Positions 1 through 12,585 of a stretch of 64,000 nucleotides of DNA are shown here, in pieces. How positions within the stretch are numbered: position 1 is the stretch's first letter; every line of letters starts with the position of its first letter. Both the position numbers and the translations under genes were made by a program. Source of the DNA: Antedon mediterranea (Eukaryota > Animalia > Echinodermata); the NCBI RefSeq assembly GCF_964355755.1, contig NC_092677.1, positions 19,986,101-20,050,100 of the forward strand, in the 5' to 3' direction. The notes under the pieces are model-generated. The model did not search any database. It was not told the origin of the DNA and was given only the letters and a program-made list of their open reading frames with translations.

Positions 1-129
1 TTTTTTGGGTCTACTGTAGCAGCTGGAATCAATAAATCATAGTGGAGTTTCCATTTTCACAAAACTGTCTGTCCTTAGAACTATAACTGCTGCTTGCTTT
101 AGCTTCTGATTGAGTAGTCCTAATGGGAC

Positions 130-965
130 GTAGCGGGCTAGAGCAGCAGCGTGAAAAGACCATATATAAAATTTATTTAAAATACTTATAAAACAAATTA
201 CACAAAAATATTTATAAATACTGCACAGGTATGAATATTAAAGCCATCGGTATTACAAATCGTGAATTAACAATATGAATAGCATTTGGAACAAAAGATA
301 TAGTCTAAATCGTGAATTATTTGATCGTGGTGGTCTAACTCTCCCTGATCTATTTACAGTAAATTCATTTTGTAATGAGTGAGAACTGTTTCCCATAATT
401 TTTGTGACTTTACTCAACGTTTGTTTTTCATAAACACCATCAACATCTTTAACAATTGAACCAATTATTCTAGAAGCTGTTTTGCACACTCTCCTTAGTC
501 TAGTCTTATTCTTCTCTGTTAGATTCACAAACCATGCATACATGTTAAAACTAAAATAGATTGGATGACCGTTTCATAAAACAACTTAAGTGTGACATTA
601 CTAACTTTAAAAGTATTAAGTTTTCTTAACCAGTACAGCCTTTGATTCCCTTTTTTAACAATCTCATCAGTATTCTTATCAAATTTCAATATATCATCTA
701 TGAACGTGCCAAGATATTTATATTCATGGACACGTTCAATAACGTTCCCGTCAAGTTTTAAGCATCCCTTATCATTTTTTTTTCCTGAAATATTTATCTT
801 AAAGTAATTTTCATCGCACCATGTAGTTAGCCTATCAAATTCATTATTATACACATGTTCAGTATTATCCCTCAAAAGACCAATCAATGCCATGTCATCT
901 GCATATTTTACTATATGGCAGTTTGAATTAGCAGGGAGACAATCACTTGTGGTGCACCTGTATAA
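130..965 (-). mobile_element. Decayed non-LTR retrotransposon RT 3' fragment (Rex/Babar- or L2-like) in a dynein LIC intron
   Basis: Minus strand reads TGAPQ...TSDC...[22 protein letters not shown] and QRLYWLRKL, across frameshifted ORFs 525-893 and 253-543. Confidence 0.85.
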
Positions 966-1042
966 TTATGCTCCAAATTGCTCTAAACAATTTAATATTA
1001 CACTATGTATGGTAGTAAATATTTCCTTAAACAAAATAACAG

Positions 1043-1178
1043 ACGGTGCTGCATTATTTTACATATCTGTAAAAGAAGAAAAGAATTGTGAATTACTCAA
1101 GAAATACCTTTTGCACAGAATATATGATTTTCCATTCAACACACCACCCTTAGTTGTTGAGAAGGAAGCCATTTTTAT
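1043..1178 (+). CDS. DYNC1LI: Dynein LIC exon (G-domain C-terminal part)
   Basis: ag|AC GGT GCT...; [44 protein letters not shown]; ends AT|gtaatt. Confidence 0.93.
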
Positions 1179-4100
1179 GTAATTCACAAGCATTGATAAC
1201 CTATTCTGTTATAAGCTTATATTCCATGTTACAAAAGTAAATTGTATCTCAGAAATTGAAAACTATATATATTTATAAATAAATCTTCATTAGCTTATTT
1301 GTATGGTATGCAAATAGAAGAGAAACAGAAAAAAAAATATTAGTAAATTCCAAATTCCAAATAAGAGTTATGTTTACTGTAAATAATTAATAGAAAAATA
1401 ATGCTTAAAAAAGAAAGATGTTTCGACTCCACTGGGTCATTCTCAAATACAATGAACAGAGAATTCTTTCCTGAATTTTAAGGATAAACACTAAAAAAGG
1501 GCAACAAACAACAGTAATGTGACGTGTCAGCGACCATGTTATGTCACTGTATAAACTATGCAACCTCCTCTGTTGTGTACCGCCATGGCCGGATCTACAA
1601 ATACCATGTTGGGCCGCCAAATTAAAACAGGGTTTAGTCTCGGCAGGCAGTCAACCGTATCGAATGATCGCGTCGTTAAGTTTGAATTGAAAATACACCT
1701 ATCCTTTGAACAGAATGATTTTTGTAAATCACGGTTTGGCTCAGTGAGTAAAACTCTGTGACAATTGATATCAATGCTTATAGTTGTTCGAGTTCGAATC
1801 CGTGATATGTGTAAATAATAAGTATCACCGCTTAAAGCAAAAAATCAAAACTAGACCACAAAACTATCAAAAAAGATACCAAACCTCACACACAAAATTG
1901 CAAAGTATAAAAAAAACCATTTAAATAAAAAAAAATGTAAATATATGAATAAACACACAAAACGATTCCAATATTGAACATAAAACTTAACAATTCGATT
2001 TATGTCCACTTTTTATGATTTTATCTATAGTGTATCAAGTAATTAATATACCACGAAAAACATTTTATACTTTTGCGCGCATCATCTAATTCACACAGCA
2101 CAAATTTTCTTTAGCCTCTTTTATTTTCGTAAAGTCTTAACAGTCATAAGTATTGCTTTCATTTTTTAGCTTACATATATTTCAATGTGAAGGGATGGTG
2201 TGTAGCAAAATCAATGGCCATAAATAGTTTTTTAATTTTATTCTTGATACAATTTGTTTTTATTTTAATAATTTGTCAAAGTACTTTTATCAAGGTGCAC
2301 TTTTATTAATACGAAGCGATCATTCGCTATGTTTGACTGGCTGCTGAGACTAAACACTGTTTTAAAAGTTGATGGCCCGGCATGGTGTTTGTAACTTTAA
2401 CAACTCAAGAAACATGTAAAATTACTGTTATTTTTTGCCTTTTTTCTTGTGTTTATCCTTAAAATTCAGGAAAGTTATATAGCGTATTGTGTGCGGCCCC
2501 TCAATAAACATTAGTGTACCAAATGTGAGCACGTACCATTCAGCGTCTTCGAAGGAGATACGTAAAATTATGCGAAAAGATTAGTAGCATTAATATATAG
2601 ATTCAGAATAAACAATGTGACTCTGTAAATCATTTTACAATGTATTAGACAAGGCCTTTTGTTATTTAATCTTTGACCCTGATTTGTGTATATAATTCGT
2701 TTTTGTTTGGACTTGAGAATGTCCACACTTTTTTAAGTGTTATTTTTCTATTAATTAAATTATAGTGCTTTTGAATGAATAGTGTGTACTGTACTACAAA
2801 TTAGATTGTTTGTAGTAGTAATATATTGATTAGTTTTATAAATAGAATATCTAATTCTCTAAATTATGTTATTGTTGTATTCCAATGTGTCTATTACCAC
2901 GTTCACATGGTTGGTTCACTTGCGAGCAGATGATCGTTCTGATCAAGTGCGGAAAATATTGTGAGGGGTCACCATTCATCTGGATGAGTTATAATACATT
3001 TAAAATAGTCTTTTTTTTACAAAAATTTTAGTAAATTACCCATGTTTTATGGTAGCAGGTCAACTCGGCTCTAAACCTTCAAGTCAACTCGGCCTCACGT
3101 CAACTAGGGCAAAAACTAATCGGTCAACTCAGCCCCATTCAAGTATGGAACGCAAAAAGTGCTATGTCTATTATTATTTAATATTATGATTATGACTACA
3201 GACACGCTTTTCAAAATGAAGAAATATAAAATATTCAAATAATAATAATAATAGTACGAATTTGTAACGCGCCAATTCCAGCAGTAAGTGATCAAAGGCG
3301 CGGTGTATGAGAGAGCTCAATCTGAAAGAAAAAGATGAGTTTTCAAGGCAGATTTAAAGGCGATTTATAAAAATATATCGTATATATATCATTGCTGATA
3401 TGAATATGAAGTATGCCTACTTCGTCCGTGTTACAAAAACACATGCAGGTACTTTTAGTAAATTGAAGACATCACCATTTGGCCATAGAGCTATAAAATT
3501 AAAATAATTATTTTATACCTCCATGATTTGGCCAAACAATCGTACATATAATTTTTTCCATGATTTGAGAATAAATGCATGTTTTAAACCAGGCCATATA
3601 CATGGCTGCAGTCGCGTGCTCAGATTTGACCATTCGATCGACAGTGAGCTTTAGATTCGTGTTGCACGCGACTAAAACGGGGAATACCTGGCAGTTGTGG
3701 ATGATCGAAACAGCTTCCATAGGCGCAGATACGTTGGTTTTAGATGTTGTCGCCTAATGTATACACATTTCTGAAGAAATATCAAATGTAATAAATGAAA
3801 GTTGGTGAAATCATTTTCGTTGAAATTATTTTCGTTGCTGAACATATTATTTATTATACGGTCGTTGTTTGCCAAGGTGGTGCTAGCTGACCCAACAATG
3901 CACCTAAAATATTTGGTTTTTAATTAGCCTATTTCAAGCAAGTTTCCCTCCATATACTGTACTGCAACTGCTCCCTAAAAACAAAAATAATGGCGAGTAT
4001 CAGACATGTGAACGAAGCTTATAGATGCTTTATATTGAATTTGTATACACATTAAATTTTTAAATAAATTATTTGCTATTGTGCAATTTTGTAATAGAAC

Positions 4101-7100
4101 TAATAAAGCCTAATTAATGAATTTCAGACCATCAGGCTGGGATTCTTTGAAAAAGATTAGTATTTGCTATGAAAACATGACAAACATCAAGCCAGATGAT
4201 CCATTTGAAGATGTGCTCAGTAAACCTCCTAATAGAAAGGTAATCTAACATAAACAAACTTAAAGGTCATTCGATAATATTATACATTTTACATACATTC
4301 AGTCACATTTTGTTTGTTTGTAATATGGATGCAATATTTTTACACAGTCAGCTGGAATCATGACATTTTTAGATTCAATATATTTGGCATAATAACATGG
4401 ACCTATAAATGAACTTATAGGCCCATACTGTATATCATCATCCACATGATGACATAATAAATTACAAATGATTGAATGCTACCATAGTGGAATGGCACTC
4501 CAATATACTGTAGGGTTGGACAATTGGGTGGTATGGAGTACGATAGCATTTTGGAAGTTGTGTTGTTAATACTTGTTACTTTGGTCTATGTGTGAAATGG
4601 GTACTAGTTTACTTTTTTTAATGCTATTGGGAAATTTTATCCCAAATGGTGTTGTAAAATTTTAAATATTTTAAATAAATATTGAATGGACTGTTTTCAT
4701 TTTTTTATTAGCCTTTTCAAGATTGTCGTGAAATTGTTGCTGAAGATGAACAATTGTTTTTGATTAGACAGCAAAATCTGTTAAGCAAAAATATTTCACA
4801 AATTAAAACAGCTGTAAGTTTCTTTATATTAAAAAATGTTTAATAATGTTAACTGACAGAAAACATACAAGGAGAACGTCCTTTTTACCCGGGTCATTAT
4901 CATTCCGAGAACCATCGTATACACTTTCTAGAGGGGGAGCGAGCGAAGCGAGCTAACCCTCTAGTTATATTAAATGCTTTTTACTATAATTTTTTTATGA
5001 AACTAGTAAATCCCCAGGAAATAAAATTGTACATATTTTTTACATTTTTAAAATGTTATTTATTTGTTCTTTATACTGGGTGTAAATTAATTAAACATGT
5101 TTATGTTTTCTTGCGTAAAGGAATCACCCCAGCGCCCAAGCAAGACATCGGGATCACCGTCTGGAACTCCAGGAAGTACTAGCAAAGTTAAAGTTAGTCA
5201 AATAATTTTCTTTACATACATTGTCAGGTAATAGAACATTTTTTTACAGTATGCACATCTCTTGTTGTGGACAATCACAATGAAACATTCATGTGTGATT
5301 TTCTTCTGAATAATATGGATTTTACCCTTATTTGCATTATTCCACCAAATGACTAAGCAAGCAAGCTTAAATTCAATAAACTGCATTTATGGCATTGTTA
5401 ATTTCAATTTTATTACCTTAGGTCTACATATCTCATGGGCATACCTAGGCCTGTTAAAAGCTTGTTTCATCACCCACGCACCACAGCTAGATGCAGTTGT
5501 GATATAAAAAACATTGTTTCTAAAATTCAAAATTCTAGATGATTATATAATAATAGTAATATCGGTAGGCTGAAAGTGCGTTTATGGGTGTAGCCAACAA
5601 TGACAAAATACATAGGAGGCCTATGACAAAAAGGTGTGCAAACTACAATAAACTTTTCTTCTGATAAACATGCACAATTTTTAATTTTACAAAATAAAAA
5701 TATCAGATGGGGTATAATTCATGTTTTTTTTTTTAACTTATTACTATTATTAACTAGAAAGCCACTCCGAGAGTGCATACCTCCGCCTACTGTAAAATTC
5801 TCCTACATAAGATTTCTCCGGTAAAACAAAAATAAATATATTTGTGTGTGTCTTAATGCTGTTTGTGATTTATGCTAATTTCACTACAAGCATGTGTATG
5901 CGAGTTTGGTGTAATGGTTATGTAACAAGCCTTTCAATTAACAATAGCTTCAGTTGACTAACAATAGAACAGCAACGCGAAAATCAAACGAGTGAATTTG
6001 AAAAGAAAATAGGTTTTTTAAACTACTGGCATCAAAAAACGTGAACATTAAATCAAATTATGTTTTAAAATTACAAATCACAAATTATAACTCTTGCCTC
6101 TTGTACAAAAATGAAGTTTTTTGGACAAGTAGTTCTCGAGAAAATGCAATTTCAGTATACTTGTTACTTTAAGACTGCTCGCCGGCTTTTGAAAAATTCT
6201 GTCCTATCAGGTCTGAAAAGTATACTAAAAAGTGGTCCAGAATTGGGACAATGGTCCCAAAATTTAATGGAATGGTCCTTGACCACATATCTATCTGTAT
6301 ATTCATTTTGGTAAAGATCTTGTAATTACTTTTTGAGTAATCCTGCTAACAAACAAATGAAAGCACTCGGAAACTGAGTGAAATACTTGGCAAAATATAT
6401 CCACTGACTCGGAGCATGTTGAAAGATACATTTTTTTTTGCTTTAGGTATTAGCTTTACATTGTTAAAATCCTGCTGGGGTTAATAATTTGTTTAAATAA
6501 TTTTTTGATACAAACAACTCCGGCATTGCAACAATGACCTTTCTAAAATCAAGATTTACCAGAATAATGATCGAGGAGTGTCTTGAAGCTGTACCGATTT
6601 GCGGCGCCTCTGCCTTAACCCATGTAGTAATATATCAATTTACCTGAAAATCAATAGGCATGTTCTGTAAGTATATACCTGATGAAATAAGGAAGGACAC
6701 ACGCTGGTGCTAACAAAACTAATTATCAACGTACAATAGTTTAATTTGAATAACAATAGAACACCAACGCGAAAAACAAACTGGTGAATTTGAAAAGAAA
6801 TAGGTTTTTTAAAACTACTCGTCTCAAAAAACCTGTACATTAAATCAAATTATGTTTTGAAAATTACAAATCACAATTTATAACTCTTGCCTCTTGTCCA
6901 AAAATGAGTTTTTTTAGACAAGTAGTTGTCGAGAAAATGTAATTTCAGTACACTTTTTACTTTTAGACTGCCCTTTTAACACTAGCCGGACTGACAATAA
7001 TATCATTTTTATTATTTGTGAAGTTATTAATAAACCAATTTTGTTGATTTTCAATAGGCATGGTCTGAAGGTATATACCTATCTACACCCAAAAATTTAG

Positions 7101-10100
7101 AACGATAACTTGAAAACTGTAGGCGCTATCGTGCTAACAAACAAACTAGCCTTCGCGCATAGCGCGATACTTGGCCAAATCAAAATTGGCCTCCTAAAGA
7201 CACTTGACCTTGACCGATTTTAACCCGATCCAAGTTCAGTATATGTCATAAACCTCCCTTGTAACATAAAAATAGAGACATAATTTCTCTAGATTTAATT
7301 ATAAATCAGCCGTATAATTTATATACTAAGAAATATACCTGAACACACAATACGAATAATAAAAAAAAAAAAATCTGATTTCGTGTCATTTCACAAGGTG
7401 AGACTTGACCTCGGTAACTTAAATGCTGTAGACACCAGCACAGACCACCGAGCCATACACAACTGCCTAACATGTGAAGAAAGATTCCTCTGTGTATTTA
7501 CCATTGTGAGCGATAGAGCGATGACAAACACACACACAAACCGAACCGAACAATAGAACAGCACGCGGGAAAAACACACGGGTGAATTTGAAAAGAAATA
7601 GGTTTTTAAAACTATTCGCATCAAAAAACCTGTACATTAAATCTAATTATGTTTTAAAATTACAAATCACAAATTATAACACTTGCCTCTTGTACAAAAA
7701 TGAAGTTTTTTGGACAAGTAGTTCTCGAGAAAATGCAATTTAAGTTTACTTGTTAATTTAAGACTGCTCACCGGCTTTTGATAATTCTGTCCTATCTTTT
7801 AACACTAGCAGGTCTGAAAATAATTTTTAAAAGTGGCCCAGAATTGGAACCGTGGTCCGGATTTTAACCAAAATTGGGCGGTGTCGTCCTTGCACCAGGT
7901 GACATGTATGGTAGTAATTTGGAGTCATTCGAATCAAAACTGTGAGCGCCAGAGTGATGACAAACAAACAAACAAACAAACACACAAACCAAACAGATCA
8001 ACATACTTGGCCAATTTTCAATTTGGCCAAGTAACAAACAAACAAACATACATACAAACAAAGTGAATACTATACTTGGCAAAATTCTTTTTGCCAAGTA
8101 ACAAACAAACAAACAAACACACGCTACCGATTACATATACCTCCTTGGCGGAGGTAAATAATCATCTATGTTGTATTTTAAGAATTATATTTTTGTCACA
8201 TCTGTCTGTTAGTGATGAAAGGTATGGTATTTGCTCGGCTACATACACCTATGTGGGACTAGCTAGGCTAATGAGTTTGACATAGTTTTTAGGTGAATAA
8301 AAAAGACATAGAATGAAATATGAGTATGTCTTGTAATTTTTATTAGAATTTGATTATACAAAATAACACCATCGTTTTTATTCAAATAAACAATTGTGCC
8401 AATCCAAAAAAACATTTGCAAATGCTTCAAAATCTTGAGTATTTGAGCCACAGGTGGGTTAGTCAATGTAGCGTTCGTTATGGGAATGATGTCATTATTA
8501 CCCACAACCTGTAGTCTGTAGCGGAAGTATGTCAAGTGTGTTAAGGCACAAAATTGGTATCACAATTGCGTTGGTATATAAAAATGTCTCCACTCAAGAT
8601 TGGAACTAATTGTTTTTTTTTAAATTGAAGATTGTATTTAAGACAGGTAGTTCAATAGAAACAGGTTCTAATCACACTGAACACATTGTGTGATCGTTAT
8701 TTATGTTTAACATAAAACCATAGTTATCAGCACGACAAACGCAACGTGCACATCATATGTTAGAATATTTCACATAGAAACAAGATTATGCCATTATAAC
8801 CTGAAGAAAATAAAATGTTAGTGTTCTCTCTATTTTGTGTCTAAACAGTATACATAAGCATAGGTAAAATTACGGGACCAGTCTTTTACTCCAATTTTTA
8901 ACATGACGTCATCAAAATGAAACACAAAGATAGCAATTTTGGAAGAAAAATAATCCGAGCAACACCATATTAACGTGTTGAGGAGATTTGGACACATAGA
9001 ATATAGATGCGCACTCTTTTAAATGTGATGAACTATGACGCAAAATATGAAAATTTAAATTCAACTGACCATATGATGCTGTCACAACATCCAATACACA
9101 AAATGTTTACATGAATTTGGATCTACAATTCAAACATTTTAATAATGAGAATCACTTTTTATTCTGAGGAGTTATAACTTATTGACATTTACTTTAAATA
9201 TAAAAATAAGTGACCCACATTATTCACACTTTTGAACATGTTGACGTCATCAAAATTAAAATGTTTGTAACTCCTACAAAAGATAATTGATTCTCGACAT
9301 AATCCATGCATATTAATGTGACATAATTGTCTACTCTTTCATCTCTCTGGTGTCTTAACGACATAATTTAGATCACTCATCTTTGATTCAATTTCATATG
9401 GACCATGCAGTTGTGCTTGCATTAGGCTTTCCTGAATGGGAAACAACGGCAAAACTTTGTCCCCAGCTTTTTGCATTTTTATCATACCAAGTTTTCATCT
9501 TAGTTTATGCTTTTACCAAATTTACATTTGCGATTACAGTCGCCCTTTAGTTTATTCTTAAAGTCACATACATAATCAATAAATTAACATTTAGTTCCTT
9601 CCGGTACCACTTATCTTTCAGTAATTTTAGTGGTCCATGCACCAAGTGACCAAAAACCAACTAAAACGGGCTAAAACCAAATGTAGGCCTGACTAGCAAT
9701 TGTTGATATTAAATATTAATGAAAATGCTTCGTTTCAATTTCGTCGTAAAAAAAAAAAAAAAATGTATTTAAATCAATATATCCCGTGTTAAAATCTCAC
9801 AAAATAATACTACAATATTGCATAACAAGTATTTCTATATATTCTAAGTATTCTTGAAGCCTTAAGACTTTAGCTGCCAACCCAAATAGTACTACCACAA
9901 TTTATTGATGGAAGTGCAGAGGATATCACCATAAAAAAATCTGTAGTAAGTGTTTACAAAAAGCAGAACGTGCATTAGAGCCATTATTAATCATTATCAG
10001 ATATTACCTTTCCATTAGGTAGAACTAATACTGATCTGCACGTGCCTAATTGATAAATGAAATTTGCAAAAATTTTTATTTTTCTAAAAGTTGTAGTAGT

Positions 10101-12585
10101 TCATTTGTTTAAAGTGCATTGTTGATTTTAATACTGAAAATGTTTTGTTACTAATGAGATTTGTATTTTTGGTGAAGATTTCCTTCCAAGCAAGTGCTCC
10201 TTTATATATTTTTTTATTAGGTACATTAATGATTTTAAAAAAGTAATTTGACACTTTATTTTCAGATTGATCCAAGCAAAGCTGGGGGAACACCTAATGA
10301 AGGCGTTTTAGCAAATTTCTTTAACAGTTTACTTAGCAAGAAAACAGGAGCAGGATCTACACAGTCAAAAGCTGGTAAGTATTATTATTATTATTGTTAT
10401 TCTTATTGTCCTTTATTCAAATAAATACCATCATAATTGGTATAATTAATACATTAAGTTTAAACATCTTTTGAAACTAACTTCCGCGACACAGTGTGCC
10501 GTTTCAGCCTAAGAAGGAAGACGTTTTAGACGGCTTGCAACATGGGCAGAAGTATCCCAGGGTCCTAACGGGACACAGATAGACCACAGATATTCCTGCC
10601 AGCTTACTCAACAACTTGGCTATAGAGGTTTCACTCGATTTCAAACATATCATTTTATACTCGGATGCTTTATAAATATATTTAATTTGATCTTTATTAA
10701 TTTGCAGTATGATGTTTATTTTGCTAACTACTCTTACTTCACACGCTGCGTCCAAAAATTTAAAAAAAGTAAAAAGGTTATCGCCAGCAACGGCCAACTT
10801 AGTTGAAACCGGAAATTACTTCTACCGCGTATGGTTGAAAATCTACCAATAAAATCAGAAATTTTGTTTTAAAAGCTTTTATTTATAATATCCTCCTAAG
10901 ATAGAAATATGGAACAATATCGTATAATAGTGAGAACTAATGTTATCAAATCTACGTTTCTCGTTACATCTGAAATAGATGAGATAGGTATCCAAGGCGG
11001 AGATTTGTCCTGAAGTTTTTCCATTGTGCTCGCCTACTGTATGTTAGAATTAAGCATAATTTATATATAGATTTTATTATTATTACATATTTCCTATATA
11101 GGGCCTCATGTAACCCCACATAGAGAACCCAGAAAGGATTCATATTTGGGCAAATCCATAAATGTTCTTTAAAGATGTATTGTCCCTTTGACTAATTCCA
11201 AAAAAATAAAAAAAAATAATATTTCGAAACAATAGTTATTAACTTTCACCAAAATCATTTAACTGAAATACAGACATTTTTTTGTTCAAAAAATAAATTT
11301 GACTTCCAGTTAAAGTTTTCGATCAAAACATATCTCAAAATGCAACGCGCTTTAATATTTGTCTACTCTGTATGCATAATCGTAAAACTTCTTCGTAATC
11401 TGTGTGAAAACACCTTCTCAACCGTGACGAGTTGTAAACAATCCTAATTAACATCATGCATAATGCATACTCGTGGTTTGAAATCGTGTTTACTTTCGCT
11501 CGCGACGATTTTCTAAGAAATGTAATCAAATTAATTTACCTGTTAATTATGTAAACTTGTTGTTTTTGGCTCAAATTTTCGACTTAAAGTGAATAACTTT
11601 AATATTACTTTGATATTTGATATTTAAATTTAGAATATTTTGACCTTCATTTTTGGTGTTTCAAGGGACAATACATCTTTAAGGATTGAGAATGCACATT
11701 TTCATGTTTTATTTTATATGGGCCAATCTCACCACATACTCACCAAAAAGGTCCTTAGAGGGTTCATTTAGGCAAATGCATATGAGTTGTTTTAGAATCC
11801 TGTGCTTACAGGCAACTTTTGCCTGTATCTATTAATTTGCAGTATGATGTTTATTTTCCTAACTACTCTTACTTCAAACGCGTCGTCCAAAAATATCCGT
11901 TTTCGTTATCGTATTCGTAGGGTTGCGAAAACTGCCTAATGACTCCCTCCACTCCAAATACACCTGTAGCTAAAGTTGTAAAACATTAATAACACCAAAT
12001 TGGAAAACTGCTCTAGGTAAAAAGAACCTTCAAATACAGAGCAATAAAAGAATGGAATCTTTTACCAACTGAAACTAGAACAAAAGTAACTGGGAAAAAT
12101 ATTTATAAACTAAAAAATATAGCAACTCTACTGTCCTCTAAGTGATCCTACATATTTTATTTTTTATTTTATTTATTTGTTTTTAACTGTTCTGTATATA
12201 TCTTTTAAATTAGGCCTACTATGTATTTTTATATGTTATAATTTTCTTTACTTTTACTCTTTACTGAAAATGCAATCCAGTCAAAAGAAAGAATAAATAA
12301 ATAAATAAATTATATAATTATAACTTTTGGAAGGTCAAACCTTCATATTATTACTATAATGAATGGCCAAATAAACTGTGGAAATTAATAATGGTCAAAC
12401 AGTCACCACAACTTACCATAATGCCTACTGTGTATTAGTTCTAGAATATCAGTACAGTTAATCAAATGTGATACCTTTTTACAGGAGATAAAGCAGTTCG
12501 GAGTGATGCAAAAGCAGAGTTAGATCGAATGACAAGAGGAAAACCAGTGACAACCCAAGCAGGTTCATCGGCTGGTACATCATGA
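1043..12585 (+). CDS. DYNC1LI: Cytoplasmic dynein 1 light intermediate chain, 3' part of a spliced gene. Exons 1043-1178, 4128-4239, 4712-4813, (9874-9945), 10266-10374, 12485-12585; 5' exons lie upstream of the window.
   Basis: Spliced translation gives [15 protein letters not shown]...[16 protein letters not shown]...[11 protein letters not shown]...[17 protein letters not shown]...AELDRMTR*, which are hallmark LIC1/LIC2 motifs. AG/GT boundaries and phases are mutually compatible. Confidence 0.95.
1466..2474. mobile_element. MITE with long imperfect TIRs and an internal tRNA-like cassette
   Basis: Perfect 26-bp inverted termini ctttcctgaattttaaggataaacac / gtgtttatccttaaaattcaggaaag. Further inverted match 1628-1677 vs 2307-2360. 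The interior resembles 39280-39785 reversed. Confidence 0.8.
4128..4239 (+). CDS. DYNC1LI: Dynein LIC exon
   Basis: tttcag|A CCA TCA GGC TGG; [37 protein letters not shown]; |gtaatc. Confidence 0.93.
4712..4813 (+). CDS. DYNC1LI: Dynein LIC exon
   Basis: ttattag|; [34 protein letters not shown]; |gtaagt. Confidence 0.9.
4850..4964 (+). mobile_element. Helitron 3' end fragment
   Basis: GC-rich hairpin-like gagggggagcgagcgaagcgagctaaccctc followed by CTAG|T; reverse copy at 15546-15640. Confidence 0.7.
5754..8158 (-). mobile_element. Composite non-autonomous Helentron (HINE/DINE-1-like)
   Basis: On -, the 5' end is ttacctccgccaaggaggt followed by (GTTT)n. The 3' end is subTIR ggcggagg, hairpin cactc-tcg-gagtg and CTAG|TT. 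An internal ~280-bp block occurs three times (~5960, ~6750, ~7550). Termini match 61704-62292. Confidence 0.8.
9874..9945 (+). CDS. DYNC1LI: Candidate dynein LIC linker exon (phase 0-0, 24 codons)
   Basis: ttag|...|gtaagt with open frame [24 protein letters not shown]. It preserves frame but has no conserved motif. Confidence 0.45.
10266..10374 (+). CDS. DYNC1LI: Dynein LIC exon with adaptor-binding helix 1
   Basis: ttttcag|; [36 protein letters not shown]; G|gtaagt. Confidence 0.95.
10440..11071 (-). mobile_element. Helitron 5' fragment
   Basis: Homologous to 15975-16803; begins A|TCTATATATAAATT on -. Confidence 0.7.
11173..11678. mobile_element. Kolobok-type MITE
   Basis: TTAA|agatgtattgtccctt...aagggacaatacatct|TTAA: TTAA target duplication and purine-purine termini. 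Confidence 0.8.
12485..12585 (+). CDS. DYNC1LI: Dynein LIC terminal coding exon (helix 2, stop)
   Basis: ttttacag|; [33 protein letters not shown] then TGA. Confidence 0.92.

Noticed and set aside
892-1182. 96-aa ORF as a standalone gene
   Set aside because: It is a chance fusion of antisense LINE/intron sequence with the dynein LIC exon 1043-1178.
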